Of a stretch of DNA of 64,000 nucleotides, positions 11,335 to 24,914 are shown piece after piece. The notes under the pieces are model-generated. The model ran no database searches, was not told where the DNA came from, and saw only the letters and a program-made list of their open reading frames with translations. A program made the position numbers and the translations under genes. The number at the start of each line of letters is the position of its first letter. Within the stretch, counting starts at the first letter, position 1. Source of the stretch: Octopus bimaculoides (lineage: Eukaryota); NCBI RefSeq assembly GCF_001194135.2, contig NC_069005.1, forward strand, positions 21,429,349 to 21,493,348. The letters are read 5' to 3'.

Positions 11335-12883
11335 ATCTAGGTGATGGATTAGTTTTATTATTCAAAAACAAGCCCAGGCCACAAGCCATTTGATAGGTTG
11401 TTGTGCAGCTTTTGTCTATCCAGTTTCATTCACAAAGCTTAGGCTGACCTATGCTTATGGTAGAAGACATTGCTTTAAGGTACCATGCAATGAGATTGAT
11501 CCTGGAGCCATACAACTGCAAAGGAAACTTCTTAGCCATGTAACCACACCTGCACCTAACCACACTGCCATATTTACACACATTACTACACAGCCACGTC
11601 TTCACCTAACCACATAGCCATGCCTGTTGTACTTTATATTCATGACTGACTTGTTAAAGACAAAGTCAATCCTTGTAGGATTTGAACTCACAATTATGGG
11701 ACATGTAAACTCACTGTATAACTCACCTCCATGTCTAACATTCACACCCACTCGGCTGTTTTTCAATGCTTGCATGTCTTCTCTTCTGTGAATTTCAGCA
11801 GATGCCTGACAAGCCAGTTTCTGTGGTTTTCTTCTACTATGATTAGCTTTCTGTCTACTATGATTATCTTACTTCGTTCATTATACCCCTTCTTCCTATT
11901 TCAGTTTTACTGTTTTTACATTTCATTTTTCTAAGCTTGTTTGGGGGTAGAGATGTGATTTGTTTTGTTTTTGCTTTTTGTTGTTTTTTTTTTTGTTTTA
12001 TTTTGGAACAACAAGATACAAGTGTCTTGTACTATAGCCTCGAGCTGACTAAAGCCTTGTGAGTAGATTTGGGAGACAGAAATGAAAGAAACCCACGATG
12101 TGTGTGTGTTTGTGTATGTTCTCCACCACCACTTGGAAACCAGTGTTGGTGTGTTTATGTCCCTGTAACTTAGCAGTTTGGCAAAAGAAACCAATAGAAT
12201 AAGTACCAGGCTTTAAAAAAAAAAACAGAATACTTGGGTCAATTCAGTCAAATAAAAAAATTTCTTCAAGCTGGTGCGCCTACATGGTCACAATCAAATG
12301 ACTGAAACAAGTAAAATATAAAACTCTCTTGTGGATGAAAACAAAGTTGACCTCAACAAGATTTGAACTCAGAGTTCAGAGAACCATAACAAATATGCTT
12401 TCTAACAACTCTGTCAAACCACGTCTTTAGTACATTCTATACAGGTAGATATAGGCTGATATGTGTATCAACATATTAACCAAAAGAGACAGTGGTTTGT
12501 GTAGTGTTTCCAGTGTTGTGCTTTGTGCATAGCAAAAAGAGAGCTATGTCATAATGGCCAGTACATCATCACCATCATCATAATTTATCACCTGTTTTCC
12601 ATGCTGGCATGAGTTAGACGATTTGACTGAAACTGGTAAGCTGGAGAGATGCACCAAGCTCCAGTCTGTTTTGGCTTGGTTTCTACAGTTGAATGTCTTT
12701 CCTAACGCCAACCACTCCATAGAGTATACTGGGTATCTTTTATGTGTCATTAGCACATGTGCCATTTATGTGTCACTAGCACATGTGCCATTTATGTGTC
12801 ACCAGTATGGGTGCTTTTTGCACGTCAGTAGCAGAGCGCCTTTTGCGTGTCACCAGCACAGGTGCCTTTTGCTTCTCATTAAC

Positions 12884-13216
12884 TGTTATAATGTGAATCC
12901 TGGTCCACTTGTATGTTGTTGTCGGCACTGTAATATCCTTGTCGCCACTAATATGTTGTGGCGGTATTCTGCATCTTATTATCTTTGACTCGTCTATTCT
13001 GCTATTGCTGACGGCTCTGTAAGACAACTTTGAAACGTCTACCTTGACAGGAACTCGAACTTGTATATATCACGTAACTGACACTAACTCCAACTGAGAA
13101 CTCGTACAAGGACTCTACTACTACTGACCTCTACAACAACTGACTGTCTGATTTTATAGTGGCTGGTTCATACCACTTTGTCGTGTGGGAAGGGGAGTAC
13201 CATTTTCACTACAACA
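12884..13216. mobile_element. Solo LTR (BEL/Pao-like termini)
   Basis: TGTT...AACA termini with a 5-bp TSD ttaac (12879-12883 and 13217-13221); 333 bp; inserted within an RTE-tail repeat. Confidence 0.65.
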
Positions 13217-16200
13217 TTAACACAGATACCTTTTACATGTCACCAGCACAGATGCCTTTCATGTGCACTGACTCATGACTGATTTCACTTAGCTTGACAT
13301 GTCTTCTCAAGCACAGCAAATTGCCAAAAGTATCAACCAGTTGTCATTTTCTCCATGATACTCAACATCCAAAGACCATATTTCACCACCTCATCCCACA
13401 TCTTCCTGGGTCTACCTCTTCTACGGGTCCTCTCTGCAGTTAGAGATTGGCACTTCTTTACGCAGCTGTTCTCATCCATACATGTTCATGTTGGGATACA
13501 CTGTACTCACTTCAGAAGCATTCTATAATGGATAAGTAGCTCAGTAACTTGAAGCTTTTCCGTAACTTGACATTCCTATTCAGAATGGCTGGATGGTCAC
13601 ACCCTGCACATCTCACTTTCTACACTTTAAATTTTCAAAGGTTTATTTATCTAAAAACCTGATGTAAAGTAAAAGGGGAAAAAAATTGTTTGTAATTTGA
13701 TTATGATTCAATCGATACTCCAGCTCCATCGCCAACTGGCTAAAACTGTAGGCATTCTCATAAATTGAAACAATTGTTTGCCTTTTTATATTTATTGTTT
13801 TTCCTTCTATGTACCGACATACATATACAGCAATTCAATAAGCATGCTGTTTTGTTGACTTCATCTTCACTTAATGGATTCAGCCTATCCCTTTTTCTTG
13901 TTGAAAAGGAAAAAAATCTTCATGAATATTAAAAAGAGTATAATTCATTTTCCAATGACATCACCAACAAAGAGAGAGAAAGAAAGAGAGAGAGAGAGTG
14001 TGTGTGTGTGTGTGTGTGTGAATACATGTTTCTCTTTCAATTAACCTACATTTATGATTCTTATGTGAGAAGAATAAATATACATTATATAAGAAATATT
14101 AATGTAAGAGCAACAAACAGTTTCTGTTGTTATACATAAGTATTATGAATTCAATTGAAGCTGTTGTTAGATGGAAGGACAATAAGGACAATGTATTCAA
14201 CCCCCCTCCCTCCAAGCAGGGCAAATCTCCTGAAATATATACCATATGCACTGCATATTAGAGTTAATGTTTGCAAAACTGTGTTTAACATCACGTTTAT
14301 ATATGATGGTCTGATTGTCACCTGTATGCAAACAGAATCAATTGGTGTAATACTCATCTCAAATTAAATTTCTTATATTTTAATTAACTGATAATTTCTC
14401 TTTGGGAAGATGTCTCTCAGTGCAATTTGTATTCTAAACAGACTCTTTGGTAATTATTTTATAAAGTGCAATATGTGACAAGCTCGCCATCATCACTATC
14501 ATCATCATCACCATTACCACTACCACCATTATCATCATCATCATCATCGTCATTGTCAGTGTTTGATGTCCACTCTTCCATGCCTGCATGAGTTAGACAG
14601 AATTCATTGAGGCAGATTTTCTACAGCCAGTTAGTTATCCTTTCTGTCAGCAACTCTCACCTCTTTCAGGCAAGGTAATAATCTCCCCATGGCCACACAT
14701 GTTTATCATGGAAGACTGGAAACAAACGACATCACCTGTATGTCGGCAACATTTGTTTACAATCATCATGTGATGTCAAAGCGAGAATACACACAAACAC
14801 AGACACTTTCTCACACACACACACACACACACATACTCTCACACACATGCACATATACACACACAGATATATATGACAGGCTTCTTCAAGTTCCCATCTA
14901 CCGAACCCACCCACAAGGCTTTGGTTAGTTAGAATGAGGGTTTGTTATAGTAGAACTCACTTGCCCAAGGTACCACCATGAGATTGAACCTGAGACCCCA
15001 TGGTTTGGAAGCAAGCTTCTTAACCACACAACCACACCTGTTCCTATGTACATACATATTAGATACAGATTAAAACAGAAATGAAAAGGAAAACTCCTCA
15101 TGACTTTTATATATATTATTAGATACTATTTAACATCTACAAAAATATGTAAGCATTGCATATTTAAATGCATGCATACAACACGCATTAGAGGGAAACA
15201 TCAGTATCAAGAGCAACCTACTCTGCTTTGGATGTTCTCTCTTCTGCTAATTCTCTCCCAAGTCAAAAATGAAGCATACAAGTGCGATGCCATCCTAGAA
15301 ACTTAGTGAGCTGCACCTCCAAATGTACGTTGATTCCAACTGTGACAACCTATCTAACCCATGCCAGCATGGAAAGCTGACATAAAATAGTGATGGAGAT
15401 GACAAAGACATCTTGGGCAAATGTCTTCTACTAAAGTTCCAGATTAACCAAAGCCTTGTGAGAGGACTTAATACACAGAAACTGAAAGAAGCCTATCGTA
15501 TATATGTATGTGTGTGTGTGTGTGTGTTACTGTCACCTTGCCTTGATTTCATGTGACAGTTGTAAATGAATGCCACCATCGTGCGAATGGTGTTCTTCCT
15601 TTCCAATCTTCTGTGAAAACATGTTTGGTTATGAGGAATATTGCCTTATTTGGAAACAGATGGGGGTTGGCAACAGGAAGCAGTAAGATGACAGAATCGT
15701 TGATACGCCAAGCGAAATGCTCAGCGACATTTCATTTGTCTTCATGTTCTGGTTGCCCTTCCGTGCAAGCATGAAGAAGTGGAGGTTAAAATGGTGATGA
15801 CGGTGATGATGATGATGATGATGATGATGAGATAGCATAGGCCTTTGTGCAGTTGCCATCAACCAGCTACACTCATAAGGTATAGTCTGGAAATTTAAGT
15901 AGAAGACACTTGCCTTTGGCGGTACACAGCTGGAAGAAACCCAAACCCATGTGGTTTCAAAGTGAACTTTTTTAACCATGCAGCCATACCTGAACTTCAA
16001 TGTCTGTTTAGAAAGAAAGAAAGAAAGATAAATAGACAGATAGATGATTAGATAGTGGGGGAGATAGAGTGAAAGATGTGAATATTCTGGCAGTTAAGTG
16101 CTTGTAAAGTATACTGAACTTTACAGATAGAAATTTAAACACTAACAGATGTTGCAGCAAATTATTTGACACTGCTACCTTCTCTGATAAAGAAAGATGA

Positions 16201-16481
16201 CCTGATTTGTCAGTGGCCATTGTTGTTGTTGTTGCTGTTGCTGTTGTTGTTATTATTATTATTATTAAGAAGGCAGCAAGCTGGCAAAATCGTTAGCATG
16301 ATGGACAAAACACTTAGCAGTATTTCACCTGTTGCTACATTCTGAATTCAAATTCCACCGAGGTCGACTTTGCTTTTTATCCTTTTGGGGTTCATAAAAT
16401 AAATACCAGTGTAACACTGGGGTCAATATAATCGACTCATTCCCTCCCCGTAATTGCTGCCCTTGTGGCAAAATTTGAAAC

Positions 16482-16536
<55 letters not shown>

Positions 16537-17049
16537 ATTATTAAGGCAGTGAGCTGGTAGAATTGTTAGTACACCAGATGAAATGGCTTATCAATATTTC
16601 GTCTGCCTTGACATTCTGAGTTCAAATTCCTCCGAGGTCGACTTTACCTTTTATCCTTTTAGGGTCAATGAAATAAATACCATTTGAGCACTGAGGGGTC
16701 ACTGTAATTAACTAGCCTATTTCAGGCCTTGTGCTTATTTATAGAAAAAAAAATGATTATTTATAATAATAATAATTAGCATTACTTTTAATAATTATCA
16801 ACGTGATTATCATCATCATGAGTGGTCGTCTAGTTTAGTGTTTGTTTCTCTAATGTTTATATAAACTTCCATAGTTTGTGCTACTTGATCTACATATGTT
16901 GCTACACTTGTTTTGACTATACAAAAGTGTGCCAACAACATGTGTTACCATGCTTTGTGCAGGTGAGTGCAGTTAGCATGCGGGGGTGGGGATTCACACT
17001 GCTCACGTATGCATGTGTGTCTGTGGAGATATATATATATATATATGTA

Positions 17050-17110
<61 letters not shown>

Positions 17111-17895
17111 NNNNNNNNNNNNNNNNNNNNNNNNNNNNNNNNNNNNNNNNNNNNNNNNNNNNNNNNNNNNNNNNNNNNNNNNNNNNNNNNNNNNNNNNNN
17201 NNNNNNNNNNNNNNNNNNNNNNNNNNNNNNNNNNNNNNNNNNNNNNNNNNNNNNNNNNNNNNNNNNNNNNNNNNNNNNNNNNNNNNNNNNNNNNNNNNNN
17301 NNNNNNNNNNNNNNNNNNNNNNNNNNNNNNNNNNNNNNNNNNNNNNNNNNNNNNNNNNNNNNNNNNNNNNNNNNNNNNNNNNNNNNNNNNNNNNNNNNNN
17401 NNNNNNNNNNNNNNNNNNNNNNNNNNNNNNNNNNNNNNNNNNNNNNNNNNNNNNNNNNNNNNNNNNNNNNNNNNNNNNNNNNNNNNNNNNNNNNNNNNNN
17501 NNNNNNNNNNNNNNNNNNNNNNNNNNNNNNNNNNNNNNNNNNNNNNNNNNNNNNNNNNNNNNNNNNNNNNNNNNNNNNNNNNNNNNNNNNNNNNNNNNNN
17601 NNNNNNNNNNNNNNNNNNNNNNNNNNNNNNNNNNNNNNNNNNNNNNNNNNNNNNNNNNNNNNNNNNNNNNNNNNNNNNNNNNNNNNNNNNNNNNNNNNNN
17701 NNNNNNNNNNNNNNNNNNNNNNNNNNNNNNNNNNNNTAATGAGGGTAGAAATTGATATTAATCAATTAAAGCCAATGGTCTAGCATGTTGTGTCGCTAAA
17801 TTTTTTACTGAGAACATATCTTTTCGTGGTTAGATGATTCGGCATCTATTTCTAGCATATAGGAGTCCACATTTGCTGGTCATTCCTCTTATTTT

Positions 17896-17933
<38 letters not shown>

Positions 17934-18577
17934 TATGTATATGTGTGTGTATGGATACATAGCCATCACATTGTAAGTAAGTATGTATCTAAATTCTGTA
18001 CAACTTTCTTACTCTTTCTTTTAGTCCCCCTCATACTTGTCTCTTTCTTTCCTCTTTTCTTTTTCTTGCTCCCCCTCTCTCACATTTCTTGGCTTTCTCT
18101 TTCTATAATCTACCTATTTCTCCTCGTTTATCTCCCTTCTACCTTCTCTATGTCCCTTTCATCCTCTCTCTTTCTCATTCTCCCTCTAATTCTTCTATCC
18201 CTCTGCCTCCTACCTCTCCCCTTTCCTTCCACATGACCGGTGTCCAGCCAAGCATGATCTTCCTTCCTTGGCCTGACTGTAATTGAGTAACATTTTCACC
18301 GTTTTTTTTTGTTTTGTTTTTGTTTTTTGTCTTTGTAGTCATACACATTCGTTTGCTTTCTCCCAAAATATTTAATGCTTTTAGCTTAGATTTTTGGGAC
18401 CAGCCAGATTTGAACAGTCTCAAGTGTAACAAGCCGAAACTGTAAGGATTTGGAAACTTGACTGACAAGAGAAAACTGCTAATGGCCCGTTCTTGTTTTT
18501 TCCTGTTCATCTTTGTATCATCTATCTGTCCGGAGGTTGTTTTTTTTCGTCTGTTGCGTTCTTGTTCCATCTTTTGG

Positions 18578-18616
<39 letters not shown>

Positions 18617-21600
18617 GCCGGAGTAAGCACATAAAATGTGCAACAAGGTGGAAAAAAGAGTACTCAAATACCAGAGGTAGAGTAATATGCTTTATTTAAA
18701 AGCAGCAGAAATAAAGTATATATAATNNNNNNNNNNNNNNNNNNNNNNNNNNNNNNNNNNNNNNNNNNNNNNNNNNNNNNNNNNNNNNNNNNNNNNNNNN
18801 NNNNNNNNNNNNNNNNNNNNNNNNNNNNNNNNNNNNNNNNNNNNNNNNNNNNNNNNNNNNNNNNNNNNNNNNNNNNNNNNNNNNNNNNNNNNNNNNNNNN
18901 NNNNNNNNNNNNNNNNNNNNNNNNNNNNNNNNNNNNNNNNNNNNNNNNNNNNNNNNNNNNNNNNNNNNNNNNNNNNNNNNNNNNNNNNNNNNNNNNNNNN
19001 NNNNNNNNNNNNNNNNNNNNNNNNNNNNNNNNNNNNNNNNNNNNNNNNNNNNNNNNNNNNNNNNNNNNNNNNNNNNNNNNNNNNNNNNNNNNNNNNNNNN
19101 NNNNNNNNNNNNNNNNNNNNNNNNNNNNNNNNNNNNNNNNNNNNNNNNNNNNNNNNNNNNNNNNNNNNNNNNNNNNNNNNNNNNNNNNNNNNNNNNNNNN
19201 NNNNNNNNNNNNNNNNNNNNNNNNNNNNNNNNNNNNNNNNNNNNNNNNNNNNNNNNNNNNNNNNNNNNNNNNNNNNNNNNNNNNNNNNNNNNNNNNNNNN
19301 NNNNNNNNNNNNNNNNNNNNNNNNNNNNNNNNNNNNNNNNNNNNNNNNNNNNNNNNNNNNNNNNNNNNNNNNNNNNNNNNNNNNNNNNNNNNNNNNNNNN
19401 NNNNNNNNNNNNNNNNNNNNNNNNNNNNNNNNNNNNNNNNNNNNNNNNNNNNNNNNNNNNNNNNNNNNNNNNNNNNNNNNNNNNNNNNNNNNNNNNNNNN
19501 NNNNNNNNNNNNNNNNNNNNNNNNNNNNNNNNNNNNNNNNNNNNNNNNNNNNNNNNNNNNNNNNNNAAACGTGAATAAACAAACGAAGTTTGCTTTTAGA
19601 AGCGTTGAGATGTCTTAGAAAGTTAAAAAAGTGATTTTTTAAATTCTCAATCGCAGAATAATGCTAATAATATAGCCTGAACAGGATAAACTACCCCTAT
19701 TTTGCAGAGAAAAGTGTAGGTGGCTAGCTGTGGACACGAACTCACATCCCCGTGATTACACGTGACGATGCTTTGACTGATTAAGCTAAACTACCCACTA
19801 CAAATTCCTCTGCAAATTTAAGTTATATAAATCTCGCTATATGAGACGCTCTCATATGTTAAATTCATGTATATATATGTATATATATATTTGTTTTGCA
19901 AGATTTTTGATGTGAAATCGTGTGTTGAAACAGATGTTTACGTTAACAAAATTTAATTAAACACAAAAAAAAAACAAAAAAAACCCCCACACACACACAC
20001 ATGATCAAATAAATAAATAAAAACAAATATAAACGAACACGTATTAACAGAGTATATAGGTGATACAGACACTCCCCATACACATATGCACTTACAAAAG
20101 ACACAGACACATTGAAAGACACGCATGCGTAGACACATACAATAGGAATACAAAATGGCTGATATTTAGCAAGGTGAGACACACATAAGAAAGAAGGAAA
20201 CAATGNNNNNNNNNNNNNNNNNNNNNNNNNNNNNNNNNNNNNNNNNNNNNNNNNNNNNNNNNNNNNNNNNNNNNNNNNNNNNNNNNNNNNNNNNNNNNNN
20301 NNNNNNNNNNNNNNNNNNNNNNNNNNNNNNNNNNNNNNNNNNNNNNNNNNNNNNNNNNNNNNNNNNNNNNNNNNNNNNNNNNNNNNNNNNNNNNNNNNNN
20401 NNNNNNNNNNNNNNNNNNNNNNNNNNNNNNNNNNNNNNNNNNNNNNNNNNNNNNNNNNNNNNNNNNNNNNNNNNNNNNNNNNNNNNNNNNNNNNNNNNNN
20501 NNNNNNNNNNNNNNNNNNNNNNNNNNNNNNNNNNNNNNNNNNNNNNNNNNNNNNNNNNNNNNNNNNNNNNNNNNNNNNNNNNNNNNNNNNNNNNNNNNNN
20601 NNNNNNNNNNNNNNNNNNNNNNNNNNNNNNNNNNNNNNNNNNNNNNNNNNNNNNNNNNNNNNNNNNNNNNNNNNNNNNNNNNNNNNNNNNNNNNNNNNNN
20701 NNNNNNNNNNNNNNNNNNNNNNNNNNNNNNNNNNNNNNNNNNNNNNNNNNNNNNNNNNNNNNNNNNNNNNNNNNNNNNNNNNNNNNNNNNNNNNNNNNNN
20801 NNNNNNTGATCCGATCAACGGAACAGCCCGCCTGTGAAATTAACGTGCAAGTCACTGAGCACTCCACAGCCATGTGTACCCTTAATGTAGTTCTCGGGAA
20901 TATTCAGCGTGACACAGTGTGACAAGGCTGACCCTTTGAATTACAGGTAGAACAGAAACAGGAAGTAAGAGTGAGAGAAAGTTGTGGTGGAAGAGTACAG
21001 TAGGGTTCGCCACCATCCCCTGCCGGAGCCTTGTGGAGCTTTAGGTGTTTTCGCTCAATAAACACTCACAACACCCGGTCTGGGAATCGAAACTGCGATC
21101 CTATGACCGCGAGTCTGCTGCCCTAACCACTGGGCCATTGCGCCTCCACACCATCTTAAAATAATAGACACATTGAGCAATGTAGTCCTAGAAACACTAT
21201 GTCTGGTAAGAAAATAGGATGGTCACAACTAAACTATCTTTGATGATAGGTCTGCTGGAGCAGTGCTAACCCAGGGCTAAACTGCAGCAACTGTTACATC
21301 AATACAGGATTTGTATCTGTCCAAAAGTACAGCTGAACTCTCCTTTAGATCCATCAAATAATTTTCAATTTCCCTTGTTGGAAACATTGCTTAGAATTGC
21401 AATTTTCAGGACAGTATTGAAAGATAATAGCAGTAAATATTTTATAACTGTCGCAAGGAGCTTTACAGTTTATCTAACAATCCAATTATGACATTTTTAA
21501 TTTTATAAATCTTACCAACTTTATTGATCCAATAATATCAGCTTTTCAAAGTCTGTTTGTTTCAAACAGCAATAGTCTCAGATACCAAATTTAGTAGTTT

Positions 21601-22312
21601 GCTTAAAAACAAAAACAACAACAACAACAACAAACAGTGGAATGTAAACAAGTTAGTCAAGTAGTTTAACCACTTCTTTTCTGTTAATCTCTCACCACTG
21701 TGTATGTATGTTTTTATATCTCTGTCTGAAGTTGGTGTATATCTCTTCTTTATACTCTTATCTTTTTCTCATTATTTTTTCTTCGTTTATGGATTGGTTT
21801 GAGATATTATCATGAAGCATAAAGGCTGATAATATAAAGTACAAGACTGATAATATCTCCAGACACAAACCATCAGTATACTGTTGAGGTGGGTGGGATG
21901 TGTGCCAAATATTCCTCCATTCCTTATTCAAAACCAAAATTCAAAATTGATTAACTTTTTCAAATTACTGATAAAAGTAACAAACACATATTTGTTGTCT
22001 TATTCCCCCTTTTGATACCAACATGCCTGGGACTGCTCCTTGTTCTATGACATAAACTTCCTATAATTAACCCTTTTGATACTGCCACTGGTTGTATACT
22101 CTTTACTCTTTTATTCGTTTCAGTCATTTGACTGTGGCTATGCTGGAGCACCGCCTTTAGTCGAGCAAATCGACCCCAGGACTTATTCTTTGTAAGCCTA
22201 GTACTTATTCTATCGGTCCATTTTGTCGAACTGCTAAGTGACGGGGACATAAACACACCAGCATCGGTTGTCAAGCAATGCTAGGGGGACAAACAGAGAC
22301 ACACAAACATAT

Positions 22313-22355
<43 letters not shown>

Positions 22356-23159
22356 TACGACGGGCCTCTTTCAGTTTCCGTCTACCAAATCCACTCACAA
22401 GGCTTTGGTCNNNNNNNNNNNNNNNNNNNNNNNNNNNNNNNNNNNNNNNNNNNNNNNNNNNNNNNNNNNNNNNNNNNNNNNNNNNNNNNNNNNNNNNNNN
22501 NNNNNNNNNNNNNNNNNNNNNNNNNNNNNNNNNNNNNNNNNNNNNNNNNNNNNNNNNNNNNNNNNNNNNNNNNNNNNNNNNNNNNNNNNNNNNNNNNNNN
22601 NNNNNNNNNNNNNNNNNNNNNNNNNNNNNNNNNNNNNNNNNNNNNNNNNNNNNNNNNNNNNNNNNNNNNNNNNNNNNNNNNNNNNNNNNNNNNNNNNNNN
22701 NNNNNNNNNNNNNNNNNNNNNNNNNNNNNNNNNNNNNNNNNNNNNNNNNNNNNNNNNNNNNNNNNNNNNNNNNNNNNNNNNNNNNNNNNNNNNNNNNNNN
22801 NNNNNNNNNNNNNNNNNNNNNNNNNNNNNNNNNNNNNNNNNNNNNNNNNNNNNNNNNNNNNNNNNNNNNNNNNNNNNNNNNNNNNNNNNNNNNNNNNNNN
22901 NNNNNNNNNNNNNNNNNNNNNNNNNNNNNNNNNNNNNNNNNNNNNNNNNNNNNNNNNNNNNNNNNNNNNNNNNNNNNNNNNNNNNNNNNNNNNNNNNNNN
23001 NNNNNNNNNNNNNNNNNNNTAATAATAATAACAAGAGCACTCAGAGAGTGCAAACCTCCACCAAGGCAACACCAACGTCCTCTCAACGATTAGCCAGAGA
23101 TGATTTTTAAAATGAGAATATCTGAAATAAACTCGACTACTCTCACAAACGAGAAAACT

Positions 23160-23410
23160 AAAAATGAACCCGACTGGTCTGGAAAATTAAGTAAAAAAAA
23201 ACAGGAAAAATGATCCAGAATCCTTGTCCGGTACCAGATCGATCCCAAAATCTAATCAGTTCATGCCAGTCACAGGGCCAAACATCCCTGAAAGTTTCAT
23301 CCGAATCCATCCAGTGGTTCTTGAGATATCTTGTCCACGGACAAGCAAACAAACAAACAAACACGACTGAAAATAATACCTCCACCTTAGCAAAGGCGGA
23401 GGTCATAATT
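23160..23410 (+). mobile_element. Helentron/DINE-like non-autonomous element 3' part
   Basis: (caaa)n microsatellite followed by the terminal stem-loop cctccacc-ttagcaaa-ggcggagg. Confidence 0.45.
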
Positions 23411-24619
23411 GTTTCTCTTGCAGGTAGTAAGCAAGAAATTTTGCAGTGAAGAGATTGGTCAGTTGTGCTTGACTGCATTACTTGATTGGTATTTTATTTT
23501 ATTGATCTTAAAAAAATGAAAGTCAAAGTTAGTGTTGGTGGGATTTGAACTTAGAATGTAAAGAGTTGGAACAAATATTCCTTTCTACTATAGGCACAAG
23601 GCCTGGATTTTTGTGGGGAAGGGAACAATCAATCACATCGACCCCAGTACTTGACGGTACTTTATCAACTCCACCCATTTGAAAGGCAAAGTTAACCTCG
23701 GCGGAATTTGACCTCAGAACTTAGTAACAGACAAAATATTGTTAAGCACTTTACCCAGCACGCTAACGATTTTGCCAACCCTCTATCCTTACTATAAATG
23801 ATTTTGCTTAACACTCATTGATTCTGCCAGTTTAAATAATTATTTCTGACATAGGAAGAAGGTCACAGATGTGTAGAGAGAGGGTTGGTTGGTTTAATCA
23901 TTTATCTTATTGACTCTTGGAGAAATGAAAGGGAAAATCACTCCAGTGGGTCTTCAATAAAATTTTGTTCATCCTTTTATAATTCTGCTGCCCTGTTATA
24001 TTCTTTTCTCATTCACCAGTGATGTAAATGTATTGAGAAAGTAAGCCAGTGCTAGAAATAACAGCCAAATCAACCTCAAATTACATCCTAATATCTTGAA
24101 AACGGAAGGGGTCAAATACACTAAGTTTGAACAAAAGACAGGATGGTTGAGAATGGAATATCTTTGATCATAGTTCTGCTGGATCAAATCATAAGCTGAC
24201 CTGGGGCTAAACAGCACTGGCAACAATATGAGTTAGAAACAAAAATGGCAGGATGGACAAAACCAAGCAACTGTTTCTGTGAACTCTCAGAAATGACCTA
24301 CTTTCAGCAGTTTATTTTTTTTGTCTATAATACTAAATTGATGTAATTATTGTCCTTCCTAAAGGCATTAGCAGCATAAGTGATGAAAAACAGCTTCAAT
24401 TTATTTCTATTGGAAGTTTTGAATTTGTGAGTCCAATTAGATTCTCATTTGAAGATAATACAATTTACTTATACCATTAAAGCTCTTCAGCAAGGAATAA
24501 ATATCTCACAACCTCATTTCATTGCCCTATAAAGATATAATAATGTATCGAAGTAAGAAATCATTTTTATTTATTTTTAGTTACCATATATACTCATGTA
24601 AAAGTCGAATTCTTTAGAT

Positions 24620-24914
24620 CAGGGGTTTTCAAACTATGGTCCGCGGACCACAGGGGGTCCTCAAAGACAGGACAGGGGGTCCGTGGACAGCAAATACTTT
24701 TTATGGGCAATTTGATTTTATATGTTTTTTAATCGAAATCTTTTAATTGACAATAAACCTATTTGTTAAATACTGTTAAATAAATAAATGTAAAAATATA
24801 TGTTATTTTAAGCAAATATTTATTTATATATTTCATAAGCGTTTATAAGGGGGTCCCTAAGGTAAAGCCTGGAATATAAAGGGGTCCGCAAGTCAAAAAG
24901 TTTGAAAACCCCTG
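24620..24914. mobile_element. hAT-type MITE
   Basis: caggggttttcaaact / agtttgaaaacccctg TIRs; TSD ctttagat/ctttagac. Confidence 0.9.

Noticed and set aside
12743-12870. Spaced short repeats as a CRISPR-like array
   Set aside because: It is a eukaryotic tandem minisatellite without unique spacers.
13005-13060. CTGACGG...GAAACGTC hammerhead-like words
   Set aside because: A9 is altered and no stem I pairing is possible.
18175-18570. 131-aa minus ORF containing VKFPNPYSFGLLHLRLFKSGW after an acceptor
   Set aside because: Mostly low-complexity, with no good donor and no recognisable family.
16876-23110. Long ORFs of 200-300 aa in the track (also at 32.1, 44.5 and 57.5 kb)
   Set aside because: They are runs of N translated as X, flanked by microsatellites.
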